From the NCBI GenBank assembly GCA_048634345.1, contig JAIWAP010000001.1, positions 48-64,047 of the forward strand: a stretch of DNA of 64,000 bases. The letters are read 5' to 3'. This DNA comes from Methanobacteriota archaeon. Lineage in GTDB: Archaea > Halobacteriota > Methanosarcinia > Methanosarcinales > Methanogasteraceae. Of this stretch, positions 10,309 through 19,955 are shown in pieces. Position 1 is the stretch's first letter; every line of letters begins with the position of its first letter. Both the position numbers and the translations under genes were made by a program. The notes below the pieces were generated by a model. It did not search any database and was not told where the DNA came from. It saw only the letters and a list, made by a program, of their open reading frames with translations.

Positions 10309-11187
10309 ATGATCTTCCCCCCCGAATATAAAGCGGTCGGCGTGATCCGCACCGATGAAACGCTGTCTGTTGCACACGATGAACTTCTACGCCGCAAGAC
10401 CATCCGGAACACGGAGTCCGAGATGTACTTCCTCTCGGAGTACCTGATCATCTTTGCATCCAACGGCTGCGCTATCTACGCCGTAACAAGCGAGGGAGAT
10501 GGATTATTCCGAAGAGTTACCGCGTTAACACAGGTAGCATCAGGAGATGAAGTCGCACAACACGACGAACTTGTGAATATGCACAACCGGACCCGGCTTG
10601 TGAAAATAGCCCGCGAATACGAGACTGACACTGTAAACACGATCATATTCAAGAGTGTGGACCAGCACCTCACATTCGTGCACAAACCGGATCTGGGCGA
10701 CCTCCTCGAGATCGACGTGATCGACGTGATCCCACCTGTTCCGGGCTGGCTCGTGTACATGGTCGGAGAGCTAAGCGACTGTCTGCTCGGAGAACTCGGT
10801 GTCGTGTTTACGCACAACGTCCTGGACCTGAGGCAGTTCGAGGGTGCTGATGCGGTCTTCCCCTGCTTCACATCGGGGCTCTCCGGGAGATACCTTGACA
10901 GCGAGGAGATCACAGAGCCTGCCACCCTGATCGGGTGCGACATCTCAAAGATGATCCTTGATCAGCGGTTCCCGAAGATTCACTACAAATTCATCAACAT
11001 CTGCTCGCAGACCAGCGGATTATATCCAATCACAAAGCCGTTCATTGCACGCTGCTGCCAGTCTGAGCGTGCAGGGCTTGTCGAGATCGATGGTATCGAT
11101 GGCGTGGTCGTGCACTGGGCGGCATCTGGTTATGAGGTCGCGGATGCGCTGCGGAGTCTGGTACGGAAGGTACGGTCACAACCATGA
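10309..11187 (+). CDS. Hypothetical protein (no family recognised)
   Basis: Long ORF. Probable start at MIFPPEYK. Its stop overlaps the start of the following Fap7-like gene (ATGA at 11184-11187). Confidence 0.45.
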   Translation: MIFPPEYKAVGVIRTDETLSVAHDELLRRKTIRNTESEMYFLSEYLIIFASNGCAIYAVTSEGDGLFRRVTALTQVASGDEVAQHDELVNMHNRTRLVKIAREYETDTVNTIIFKSVDQHLTFVHKPDLGDLLEIDVIDVIPPVPGWLVYMVGELSDCLLGELGVVFTHNVLDLRQFEGADAVFPCFTSGLSGRYLDSEEITEPATLIGCDISKMILDQRFPKIHYKFINICSQTSGLYPITKPFIARCCQSERAGLVEIDGIDGVVVHWAASGYEVADALRSLVRKVRSQP

Positions 11188-11717
11188 TCATCGGAATCAC
11201 AGGCACGCCCGGAACCGGAAAGACATCCGCATGTGCTCTTGTAGGGGGCGTCCTTGATCTGAATGGACTCATCAAGGACGAAGGATTGCACCTGGGCGTT
11301 GACGGAGAGCGGGGCTCCCTGATCGCTGATATGGACGTGGTGTACGATCGTATTTGTGAGATTGCAGAGGGCAGGGGCGGGAATCTCGTAATCGAGGGAC
11401 ATCTCTCGCACCATGTCTGCGATGTTGCGATCGTGCTCCGTCTATCGCCGGGCGAACTTGGGAGGCGTCTTGAGGAGCGCGGGTATCGCGGGGCAAAGAT
11501 TTCGGAGAACGTTGAGGCTGAGGCGATCGATGTGATCCTTGTCGAGGCGGTCGAATGGTGCGGGCGGGACCGGGTCTATGAGATTGATACAACCGGCAAA
11601 ACGGTGGGAGAGGTCGCTGAGATGATCCGCGAGGTTCTTGATGCGATCGGTCGCGGAATTGCGGTCGAGGGGTACGAGCCAGGATCGGTTGACTGGGTAT
11701 CCGGTTACATCTTCTGA
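11184..11717 (+). CDS. Fap7/AK6-like nucleoside-triphosphatase (putative adenylate kinase)
   Basis: P-loop at the N-terminus (MIIGITGTPGTGKTS). ~177 aa, with the overall layout of the archaeal Fap7/AK6 family. Confidence 0.8.
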   Translation: MIIGITGTPGTGKTSACALVGGVLDLNGLIKDEGLHLGVDGERGSLIADMDVVYDRICEIAEGRGGNLVIEGHLSHHVCDVAIVLRLSPGELGRRLEERGYRGAKISENVEAEAIDVILVEAVEWCGRDRVYEIDTTGKTVGEVAEMIREVLDAIGRGIAVEGYEPGSVDWVSGYIF

Positions 11718-11774
11718 CGCTTCTCTTTTTCTTCGAGCGGTCTCATCTTTTCCCTTCTGATGCGTGACCCCCTC

Positions 11775-12071
11775 TCACGGTTCCGGCAATTCCGGTTCGA
11801 TCGCCACCTGTTTCGTATGCAAAACCTCTCCATCGCCCTCAACCAGTTCCTCGATCCGCATCTCGGCATCATCAAGCCGCTTGTGACAGAGTCTTGAGAG
11901 CTTAACCCCTGCCTCAAACTTCCTTAGCGCCTCATCAAGCGTAAGTCCCGATCCTTCCAGTTCATGCACGATATCTTCCAGATGTTTGAGTTCATCCTCA
12001 AATGAGGTCCCGGCATCTGTTTCGGCGCCCGTTTTCGTATCCATCCATGTATTCGTTTCATTATCAGCCAT
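11775..12071 (-). CDS. xseB: Exodeoxyribonuclease VII small subunit
   Basis: 98 aa. The helical core FEDELKHLEDIVHELEGSGLTLDEALRKFEAGVKL is typical of XseB. It overlaps xseA by 8 nt. Confidence 0.85.
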   Translation of the reverse strand: MADNETNTWMDTKTGAETDAGTSFEDELKHLEDIVHELEGSGLTLDEALRKFEAGVKLSRLCHKRLDDAEMRIEELVEGDGEVLHTKQVAIEPELPEP

Positions 12072-13302
12072 GTTCCCCGATCTCCTTTATTTCATGTACC
12101 CTGCACCCGATCTCGCCATCAGTGACCCGTATCTGTAGATCGCTTCCGGCAGAGACTGCTTTGACCGTGTTTACAACCGCCAGGTCCGGCATCCTGAGAA
12201 CGATGCTGTATCCACGCTGCAGATGGTTGAGCGGACTCAGCGCATGGAGCGTCGCCCCAAGCATCGACAGATCCTTTCTTCGCAGTTCCAGCCGGTGCAG
12301 AACCGATCTATGCATCTGCCTGAGCAGTTCATCGATGTACTGCCGGTGCTGGTTGATCCGGTCTCTCGGATGCACCACGCCGCGCTCAAGGTACGCCAAT
12401 CGATCCCGCTCTGTATCAACCGCCCTCCGAATCGCGTGAACGAGCCTGATATGTAGTCCTGCGACCTGTTGCGCAAGCTGCCCCCTATCAGGCACCACGA
12501 GCTCAGCCGCCGCTGATGGCGTTGGCGCACGCAGGTCAGCAACAAAATCACAGATCGTGATATCAGTCTCATGCCCGACCGCCGATACAATCGGGATCTC
12601 GGATTCAAAGACCGCTTCCGCGACCTCGGGTTCGTTGAATGCCCAGAGTTCTTCGATCGAGCCGCCGCCCCGGGCAACGATCATCACATCGATCCCGTGT
12701 GCGGCGGACCGGTACCGGGATATGGACAGCCGGTTCATCTGCCTGATCGCGTGAGCAATCTCTGCTGCCGCCCCATCACCCTGCACCCGCGCCGGCGCAA
12801 GGATGATGCGCACATCAGGAAACCGCCGCCTGATGACGTTTATCATGTCGTGTAGCACAGCACCGGTGCGGGATGTGACGATCCCGATGGTCTCCGGAAA
12901 TGCCGGCAGCGGCTTTTTATGCGCGTCATCAAAGAATCCCTTTTTGGATAGCTGCTCCTTTAGCTGCTCGAACGCCTGATACAGCGCACCGATGCCGTCC
13001 GGCTGGATAGCCCAGACCAGCAGTTGATACACGCCTCTGGCTTCGTATACCGTGATATTGCCACCGCACACCACCTTCATCCCACTTCCGGGCTTGAATC
13101 TCAGTTTCTGGTTCGCACCACGGAACATCACGCAATTTAACTGGCTATGTGCATCTTTCATCGTGAAATACATGTGTCCTGACGTATGATGCACGAAATT
13201 GGAAATTTCGCCGCGAACAGAGATGTTGTTTAATGAGGGATCATTCTGAAGCCTCTGTTTGACATACTGCGTCAGTTCATGCACGGTGTAGAGCATGAAC
13301 AA
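12064..13302 (-). CDS. xseA: Exodeoxyribonuclease VII large subunit
   Basis: 412 aa. N-terminal OB-fold region (VRGEISNF..HTSGHMYFTMKD) and the catalytic region (IVARGGGSIEELWAFN, SAVGHETD). Confidence 0.9.
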   Translation of the reverse strand: MFMLYTVHELTQYVKQRLQNDPSLNNISVRGEISNFVHHTSGHMYFTMKDAHSQLNCVMFRGANQKLRFKPGSGMKVVCGGNITVYEARGVYQLLVWAIQPDGIGALYQAFEQLKEQLSKKGFFDDAHKKPLPAFPETIGIVTSRTGAVLHDMINVIRRRFPDVRIILAPARVQGDGAAAEIAHAIRQMNRLSISRYRSAAHGIDVMIVARGGGSIEELWAFNEPEVAEAVFESEIPIVSAVGHETDITICDFVADLRAPTPSAAAELVVPDRGQLAQQVAGLHIRLVHAIRRAVDTERDRLAYLERGVVHPRDRINQHRQYIDELLRQMHRSVLHRLELRRKDLSMLGATLHALSPLNHLQRGYSIVLRMPDLAVVNTVKAVSAGSDLQIRVTDGEIGCRVHEIKEIGEHG

Positions 13303-13416
13303 ATGTCATCGCAGAGAGACATAAAACTGTGCCGGAAGAGCGGGGCGAAAGTGAGTGAGCGGATGCGTGAGGGGTGACATGTTTATTAACATCCGCACCG
13401 ATCACATACATACCAA

Positions 13417-13491
13417 GGGCTCGTGGCTTAGCCAGGATATAGCGCCGGACTTCTAATCCGGACGTCCCGGGTTCGAATCCCGGCGAGTCCG
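13417..13491 (+). tRNA. tRNA-Arg (anticodon TCT)
   Basis: Folded by hand. Acceptor stem GGGCTCG/CGAGTCC (one G-T pair), anticodon stem CCGGA/TCCGG with loop CTTCTAA, and T-arm CCGGGTTCGAATCCCGG. 75 nt including the discriminator; no encoded CCA. Confidence 0.9.
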
Positions 13492-13519
13492 TCCGGATAC
13501 CCGCGAGGGAGAGGTAATC

Positions 13520-13921
13520 GTGGTCAAACAGATCAAGGGAATCGCACGCGACACTCTTACATTCATACTCGAGGTGAGTAAATCCACCGCGCCCAATGAA
13601 TTTGCAGGGCTTTTGCGCGCCGACGATAGGGTTATCACGGAGGTCATCGTGCTTCCGGGCACTGAGTCCTCTGAGGTGAGTGCGGTCATGCGCCTGTACA
13701 TGCTGCCAACGATCTCGATTGCCGGTTCGGTGCATAGCCACCCGACACCGAACGTAAGTCCGTCGGGGGCAGACCTCTCGCTCTTTCTGCGGACCGGAAA
13801 CTGCCACATCATCGCTGGTTTCCCGTACAACGATAAAAGCTGGCGATGCTATGATGCAAGCGGGCAAAAGAGAGTGCTTCCGGTTCTCGATATCGATTTT
13901 GAGGATGAAATTGTTCTCTGA
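13520..13921 (+). CDS. JAB1/MPN/Mov34 (JAMM) metalloprotease-domain protein
   Basis: 133 aa with the JAMM motif HSHPTPNVSPSGAD and an upstream E in the expected context. Confidence 0.8.
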   Translation: MVKQIKGIARDTLTFILEVSKSTAPNEFAGLLRADDRVITEVIVLPGTESSEVSAVMRLYMLPTISIAGSVHSHPTPNVSPSGADLSLFLRTGNCHIIAGFPYNDKSWRCYDASGQKRVLPVLDIDFEDEIVL

Positions 13922-14003
13922 TACGACACTATCTAAAAATCCGGGTGTTTTGCGCCGATTACATGGATTCGCGGCATCCGTGATTTTATCACAAATCAGG
14001 GTA

Positions 14004-15500
14004 TTACCGCGCCCTGCCAGCCTCTGTGAGTCTGTTTAACAAAAATGCCCGGTCCAGCGATGCCATGAAATACCCGGCTCGCGGACCCGATTTCTTCCCG
14101 AGAATAGCTATATAGATCGCCTGAAACATCTTGCTTCCGCTGATCCCTGCCGCTTCGGACGCCTCATACACCAGATCATGAAGACCGCTTGCTGTCAGAT
14201 CGTCGTTGATCCCGGATGCAAGCCGCAAAAGCCCTGCTCTCTGCTCAGGAGTGAGGCTTTCCACAACAGGGGGCAGGGTTTCCTGCACCTCGAACTTGAC
14301 CGACTCAGGCGCATACGATGCAAGCCAGTTCGATGCATTCTCCATGCGCCTCTGCACAGACTCCATATCAAGTGCACCATAACCGCTGCGCCTGAGGACC
14401 TCATGAAAGTCATCAGGGCAGGATGCAATCTGTAGCGCGGTCACGATGTGTGTGAACGGGATATCTGACCGAAGAGACGTCTCTGTCAGGGATAATTCAC
14501 GCGCCCTGCCGGTTGCACGGTCGTATTCATCGATCAACTCGACGATGCGGGACGGATCAAAGTCGATGTGTTTCTCAGGCTTCGTTTTGAGGATCAGGTA
14601 CCTGAGCACCTCCGGCGGCATGACCTGAAGCATATCAGTGATCGTAACTGTCACGCCGGTCGATGATGACATCGCGCCCTTTCCCTTCAGGTGAATCCAT
14701 TCGTAGATGATCGGATACGGGGGCTCATATCCATAGATCTCTCTTGAGATCCTTGTTCCGGTGTCATACGATCCACCCCTCGTCGCATGGTCCTTGCCGA
14801 ACGGCTCGATCGTGACACCGAGAATGCCCCACCGTGAAGCCCAGTCAACCCGCCAGGTCAGCTTCCCGTTCCCTTTCACTGCCACCGTGCCAGCATAACC
14901 ACAATCGCAGGTGTAATCGACCGTCTCGCGACGATCATCAAATCCTGTGACCTTTGTCGCAGTGATCCGTCCGCATGATTCGCACAGAACATTGAAAGGA
15001 CTCCAGTCAGCAGGAAGCGTCCGTTTTGACACTTTCTCAAGGATTGCTGCAATATTATCCCGGTTTTGCAGTGCTTTTATGGTTGCTGGCACGAAATCCC
15101 CGTTTCCGTAGAGTTCGTGCGCCAGGTAGACCGCAGGTTTGATGTCCAGTTCCTCGAGGGACTGGAGAAATGGCATCAGGTAATGTTCGGCATAGTTTGC
15201 GCAATTGCCGCACGGACAGGGTATGGCATAGAGCGGCTTGCCAACATGTTCGGCGTAATCATCAGACAGGAACGGATATACCTTGCGGAGCGGATCAAAG
15301 GTGTCCCCTATATAGATCAGTTCCGCATCTGCCCCGGCGTCACAGAGTGCCCGGTATGCCCCGTCCGCGGTCAGTACCTCGCGCAGGTTTCCGATATGGA
15401 TGCTCCCCGAAGGCGTAATCCCTGTCGCGATGATATGCCTCTCCCGGGTCGCAGCCACATTGTCTGCGATGACATCTGCCCAGTGCCTTGTCTCGTCCAT
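14004..15500 (-). CDS. lysK: Lysine--tRNA ligase, class I
   Basis: 498 aa. HIGH-like motif (SIHIGNLREV) and KMSKS-like motif (GAMSSSTG). Zn-binding Cys pairs typical of archaeal class-I LysRS. Confidence 0.9.
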   Translation of the reverse strand: MDETRHWADVIADNVAATRERHIIATGITPSGSIHIGNLREVLTADGAYRALCDAGADAELIYIGDTFDPLRKVYPFLSDDYAEHVGKPLYAIPCPCGNCANYAEHYLMPFLQSLEELDIKPAVYLAHELYGNGDFVPATIKALQNRDNIAAILEKVSKRTLPADWSPFNVLCESCGRITATKVTGFDDRRETVDYTCDCGYAGTVAVKGNGKLTWRVDWASRWGILGVTIEPFGKDHATRGGSYDTGTRISREIYGYEPPYPIIYEWIHLKGKGAMSSSTGVTVTITDMLQVMPPEVLRYLILKTKPEKHIDFDPSRIVELIDEYDRATGRARELSLTETSLRSDIPFTHIVTALQIASCPDDFHEVLRRSGYGALDMESVQRRMENASNWLASYAPESVKFEVQETLPPVVESLTPEQRAGLLRLASGINDDLTASGLHDLVYEASEAAGISGSKMFQAIYIAILGKKSGPRAGYFMASLDRAFLLNRLTEAGRAR

Positions 15501-15525
15501 CTTACGCCGTCACACTTCCCGGGTT

Positions 15526-15948
15526 TTACTCTTCGACCGAGACTGTGGTCAGTTTCAGGTGCTGCACCCCCTTAAGCGCCATGAGCCCTTCCGCTACCAG
15601 TTTAACCTCGCTTACATCACCATGCAGCACGATGACCTCCATGCATAGCTCCGCATCCACATGCATGTGGAGTGATGATCTGATCACGTCCAGATGTTTA
15701 TGCTGGACATTGGCAAGCTCATCAACAAGTCCGCGCTGATGGTGGTTGTATGTAAGCGATATGATGCCGACCCTATCACCCTTAACCTCGCTTGTCCATT
15801 CGTAGTACCTGATGTAACTCCGGATCGCGTCCCTGATGCCCTCTGATCTTGATGAGTATCCTCGTTTTGCAAGGATATCGTCAAATTTCGTTAGCAGATT
15901 ATCCGGGAGCGATACCCCGATTCTCATCAATTCCTTTTCATTTTCCAT
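15526..15948 (-). CDS. nikR: Nickel-responsive transcriptional regulator NikR
   Basis: N-terminal ribbon-helix-helix (MRIGVSLPDNLLTKFDDILAKRGYSSRSEGIRDAIR). C-terminal ACT-like domain with His/Cys Ni ligands (HH...H.H...C). Confidence 0.9.
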   Translation of the reverse strand: MENEKELMRIGVSLPDNLLTKFDDILAKRGYSSRSEGIRDAIRSYIRYYEWTSEVKGDRVGIISLTYNHHQRGLVDELANVQHKHLDVIRSSLHMHVDAELCMEVIVLHGDVSEVKLVAEGLMALKGVQHLKLTTVSVEE

Positions 15949-16075
15949 TTGATCAACCCACGTCGTGTGATGTTGTGTTAATCAACCTGTTGTATGTTAT
16001 TCATTAATAATATTGCGCTCCACGGCGCAGGATCATGGGATTACCTTATGATAATAATGATAATGTTTTAATAGG

Positions 16076-16930
16076 ATGAGAAACAAAGTCACGTTTGTAG
16101 GAGTGAATAATGAGATGCCAGGATTGCGAAGTGCACTTGTGAAAGATGTACAAACCAGGATGGCAAAAACGCCCACCGCAACCACAATTGGAAAGCCCAC
16201 CGATGTTGGAGTGGTCGCCCACGCTCCAATCATCAAATCCACAGGAATTGCCGTCCTGGATCGCAATCTCGAAGGAGGACTTCCGGCAGGCTCGGTCGTA
16301 TATATGTCAGTAGACTCAAAATCGATGTCAGAGGTGTTTCTGTACCAGTTTACGCAGGCGCGCAAGACATACTATATTACCACGGGCAGGCGACCCCGTT
16401 ATATTGCGTGGGACGTGCAGAATATGGAATATGATATATCAAATATAACATTCATTGATGTATATAGTGAATACTATATCACTGCACAGGGCGATCTGGT
16501 AGACAATGTGGCTAATGAATACGTGGATAAGCAGATCACGGAATTTATGATAGACAACCTCCGGAATATCCAGATCGAAGAAGAACTTGGAGATATAAAC
16601 ATCATAGTGGATACGATTTCATTTTTTCTTGGTTTGAATGTCAATACCGGCGAGATCAAGAAACTCATGAACGTTATTTACGAAACGACCAAGGAAACGA
16701 ACGGGCTGACGTATCTGTACGGGCTGAAGGATACGCACAGTCCCTCGCTTGAAAACGAGGTCATCAACTCGTGCGACGCGGTCTTTGATGTCGAACTGTA
16801 CCGCGGTTCTGACGAGGTCATGAGCAGACTCACTATCCCAAAGATACGCGGACGGACGCCGGTCACAGATCTGCTCAAGTTCAGGATCGGCGATGGTATC
16901 CAGATCGATACCTCGACTGATATCGCATGA
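16076..16930 (+). CDS. KaiC/RecA-superfamily-like protein with degenerate Walker A
   Basis: The region TGIAVLDRNLEGGLPAGSVVYMSVDSKSMSEVFLYQF aligns with the KaiC/RAD55-like opening (TGI.GLD..L.GG.P.GS...I.G.PGTGKT), but the GxxGxGKT box is replaced by VDSKSMSE. Start uncertain. Confidence 0.45.
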   Translation: MRNKVTFVGVNNEMPGLRSALVKDVQTRMAKTPTATTIGKPTDVGVVAHAPIIKSTGIAVLDRNLEGGLPAGSVVYMSVDSKSMSEVFLYQFTQARKTYYITTGRRPRYIAWDVQNMEYDISNITFIDVYSEYYITAQGDLVDNVANEYVDKQITEFMIDNLRNIQIEEELGDINIIVDTISFFLGLNVNTGEIKKLMNVIYETTKETNGLTYLYGLKDTHSPSLENEVINSCDAVFDVELYRGSDEVMSRLTIPKIRGRTPVTDLLKFRIGDGIQIDTSTDIA

Positions 16931-18098
16931 TTCGGCGCAGCACCGCATAAAGAAGCGATGCGATCAGCAGATAAATAAAGAGATATACGCCGCAGCCCGG
17001 GCTGTCGATCGCCAGTTTTGCCACGAGGTTCATCGGCGAGTTCTGAAAGATGTAGCAGAGAAGAAAGAGCGTGATCAGGATCAGTGAATAGAACAATTGA
17101 GACGTTCCCCGATTCTTAAGCGTGGTTGAGATAAACACACCTACTAAAACAAGAATAAGTGTCACTGCGGTGACGAGAAGCAGGATCGCCACCGGATTGT
17201 GCACCGGGATCTGGTTGAGCGATAATAGCGCAATCCACACCGACGCCTGTACCGGTACAATCCCTGTTGCCACGAGTATTTTTCCATCAAGGATGTCAGC
17301 GAAGGTCACCGGAGATACAAGAAGCAGATCAATCGTTTTCTGTTCGAATTCCTCGGTGATAAAGTCGATGATCAGACCGCCAGAGATGAATGCCGGAGTA
17401 AACATGAGTAACGGTATTAAAACAACATAAATGAACTCAAAATAAGGATTCGATGGTTTTTCAGGAAATTTCAGATCGATTGGCGCGTATCCCGGAAGTC
17501 GCGCGGTTCTTATATTACGCGCATACTGTTCGAACCGCTCGAGTGGTTCTTTCAATTGCAGCATCAGTACGGTTGCTTTGAGATCGGTTTTCGGGAGGTA
17601 TATATGGATATCGATGAGATCACTCCCCTCAATCGTGGTATTTGGGACGAGAAGGATGCCGTCGATCTCGCTTCTGTAAAAATCGCTGCCAGCTGTGGAA
17701 TAATCTGGATATGCTACCGGGGACAGCCTGCCTGCTTCGATCAGGCGGTACAGCAGGGTTTCATTGACCGATCGTTTTGGGCTTATATCGGTGGTGTATC
17801 TGGCGTAACCGGCGTAGTTAGAGCCGTTTGCGCCGGTGCTGCTGTTCAGCACGATCTCTGATCGGTGCGCAAGCCCGAGGTTTGCGCTTTTCATCTCAGA
17901 CTCGGAGAGAGAGCCCGGATCATAGAAGGATGTCAGCCCGACCACGAGGAAGGAAGAGAATAGCGCGATGAACAACTGGATAAAGATGGTGAGAACCAGT
18001 GTTTTCTCGCTAAAAAGACCTTTCAGATCTTTTTTTGCAATCGAAAGGATATTATGCAAAGATAACCTCCCGAAGCAGGAAAAAATTGTATGCGACAT
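16881..18098 (-). CDS. ABC-2-type transporter permease
   Basis: N-terminal TM segment, large extracytoplasmic loop, then ~5 C-terminal TM segments, the typical ABC-2 permease layout. Start ambiguous: either the ATG at 18098 or the TTG at 18059, which is preceded by GGGAGG. Confidence 0.6.
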   Translation of the reverse strand: MSHTIFSCFGRLSLHNILSIAKKDLKGLFSEKTLVLTIFIQLFIALFSSFLVVGLTSFYDPGSLSESEMKSANLGLAHRSEIVLNSSTGANGSNYAGYARYTTDISPKRSVNETLLYRLIEAGRLSPVAYPDYSTAGSDFYRSEIDGILLVPNTTIEGSDLIDIHIYLPKTDLKATVLMLQLKEPLERFEQYARNIRTARLPGYAPIDLKFPEKPSNPYFEFIYVVLIPLLMFTPAFISGGLIIDFITEEFEQKTIDLLLVSPVTFADILDGKILVATGIVPVQASVWIALLSLNQIPVHNPVAILLLVTAVTLILVLVGVFISTTLKNRGTSQLFYSLILITLFLLCYIFQNSPMNLVAKLAIDSPGCGVYLFIYLLIASLLYAVLRRIMRYQSRYRSGYHRRS

Positions 18099-19938
18099 GC
18101 ACAGCGGTTGCCGCAAGCAAACACACGGAATAACGCTGGTATCTAAGCCCGATTGCGACGATTGCCACACAACCGATGTGCAGTAGCAGCGGATAAACAA
18201 GGAGCGAGCCCATAGAAAGGACCGTGCCAAAGACTGAGTCCGCAATCGAGGCTACGGTGACGAGCATCATCAGCTTCTCCCCGACAAAGAAGCCCGAACC
18301 CGCGAGTATTGCCAGGATGATCGCTTGTTTTCCGGTATATCCCTTCAAGGAGAGCGTATAAACCCCGGCAGACTTGAGCACCTCTTCGATCAGCGCGGAG
18401 ATGCAAATCATCGCGATGATCGAGTAAGGGAGCGGGATATTAAATAATAGCACAATCGACATTAATTCAAACATATAAGCGAACGGGATGAAAATAAGGG
18501 TCAGCAGAAACAGATACGATCGCTTGCGCAGGAACAGTTCGATACAGTCGATAATCTTCTTTTTCACGGTTTTTTGGGTGAACAGATCTTCTTCCCTGAA
18601 TATGAGCGTAGCAAACCCAAATGTTGCGATTGAAACGCAGTAAAACGGAACCGTTGAGAACAGATACTCGCTTAAGCATATCTCTGTTCCGGTCAGGATC
18701 TTTACAACCAGTGTCATCGGGGATATCAGAGCAATCGCATGAATATGCGCAAACATCGCCGGAAAGAAGAGATAACCTGATACAATCGTTGAAAAGAATA
18801 CGCTGACAAACGTCAGTTCCTTGAAGCTTCTTGCAAGTATCGAAGAGAGGAGCGAGAATGATAAAAACAGCGAAACGACAGGGATCATGACCGCGACGAT
18901 CACGAGGCTGTTTTTCACGATTTCAGGTATCGAGGTGGATCCAAGTGTGTATTTGAGGTACATAGCCAGCACAAACATGATTCCGATGGTGGTGATCAGG
19001 TATGGAAGCGTCTTGCCCGCGACGATCTCGCGCCTTGTTAGCGGCGATACCAGCAGGAACTCGCCGCTACGGTTGGTACGTTCGTTCATGATGCTCGCAG
19101 AATAGAACTGGGCGACAAAATACATCGGAAACATGAATATGAACGCAAAGATGACCGAAGTGAACGGGATCGGAGGCTCGATGTTCGACGGCGTTGCAAC
19201 GGTCTGTTTCTCAAGGAAATTTCGTTTTGCCATCTGCCTGAACTCTTGCATGTCAGCCGGCGGTGCAAGGGTGCCTGCGTCCGTTTCATCGGGATATATA
19301 GCCCCGGATCGCTCAAGTTCCATGATGATCGCATCTTCTCCGGATACATACGCCTGCGAACCCCCCGCCGTACCTGCCGCCCCATGTCCTGCGCCTTCGC
19401 TACCGGCTACGCCGCCATCTTCGTCCGAGTCCGACTCTGAGCCTGACTGCGCGGATGCAAGCATCTGAAAGCTCTGCTCACGCTCAAGATGATGAATCGT
19501 GATCCAGACCGGAAAAGAATTGTTCAGGTCAGGATACGACGAAAGCGTGATCTCCCGATACAGTTTCATCGTACTCTTCAGGGCATCCAGAGCTGCTATC
19601 GATTTTTCAGTGCCATGGACCGACACATTTCCACCGATAATCAAAATATCGGCATCTTTGTTCAGATACGCATCTCTGGCATCATCTGATCCCCGCAGCA
19701 GGATGTTGAACCGGTCGTCGCACTCAAGAATCTGTGCCAGACCTGCGTCATCAAGCGAGATTACGTACAAGCCGCTACCCATGTAGCTCTGCGATGCAAA
19801 CGACGCGATCACCGCTATCGCAACGACGAAACCGCCCGCCGCGATCACCGATCTGGTGCTCAGATCGAGTCTCGAGCGCAATAACTCCCACTTCGCAATC
19901 GTAAATACCCCCACCATCATGTTTATGTCGGTATCCAT
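18052..19938 (-). CDS. ABC-2-type permease fused to a C-terminal CPBP (CAAX/Abi) intramembrane protease domain
   Basis: 628 aa. The N-terminal two thirds have ABC-2 permease topology. The C-terminal ~150 aa carry CPBP motifs (ALIEEVLK; LLLH; HVAYNFF). Confidence 0.65.
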   Translation of the reverse strand: MDTDINMMVGVFTIAKWELLRSRLDLSTRSVIAAGGFVVAIAVIASFASQSYMGSGLYVISLDDAGLAQILECDDRFNILLRGSDDARDAYLNKDADILIIGGNVSVHGTEKSIAALDALKSTMKLYREITLSSYPDLNNSFPVWITIHHLEREQSFQMLASAQSGSESDSDEDGGVAGSEGAGHGAAGTAGGSQAYVSGEDAIIMELERSGAIYPDETDAGTLAPPADMQEFRQMAKRNFLEKQTVATPSNIEPPIPFTSVIFAFIFMFPMYFVAQFYSASIMNERTNRSGEFLLVSPLTRREIVAGKTLPYLITTIGIMFVLAMYLKYTLGSTSIPEIVKNSLVIVAVMIPVVSLFLSFSLLSSILARSFKELTFVSVFFSTIVSGYLFFPAMFAHIHAIALISPMTLVVKILTGTEICLSEYLFSTVPFYCVSIATFGFATLIFREEDLFTQKTVKKKIIDCIELFLRKRSYLFLLTLIFIPFAYMFELMSIVLLFNIPLPYSIIAMICISALIEEVLKSAGVYTLSLKGYTGKQAIILAILAGSGFFVGEKLMMLVTVASIADSVFGTVLSMGSLLVYPLLLHIGCVAIVAIGLRYQRYSVCLLAATAVHVAYNFFLLREVIFA

Positions 19939-19955
19939 CGTATTAATCTCTATCC

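Noticed and set aside
15949-16075. Possible NikR operator in the nikR upstream spacer (GTTAATCA-N17-TTCATTAAT).
   Set aside because: The symmetry is only weak and partial, in very AT-rich DNA. It does not match the NikR half-sites I can recall. It cannot be supported without a motif model.
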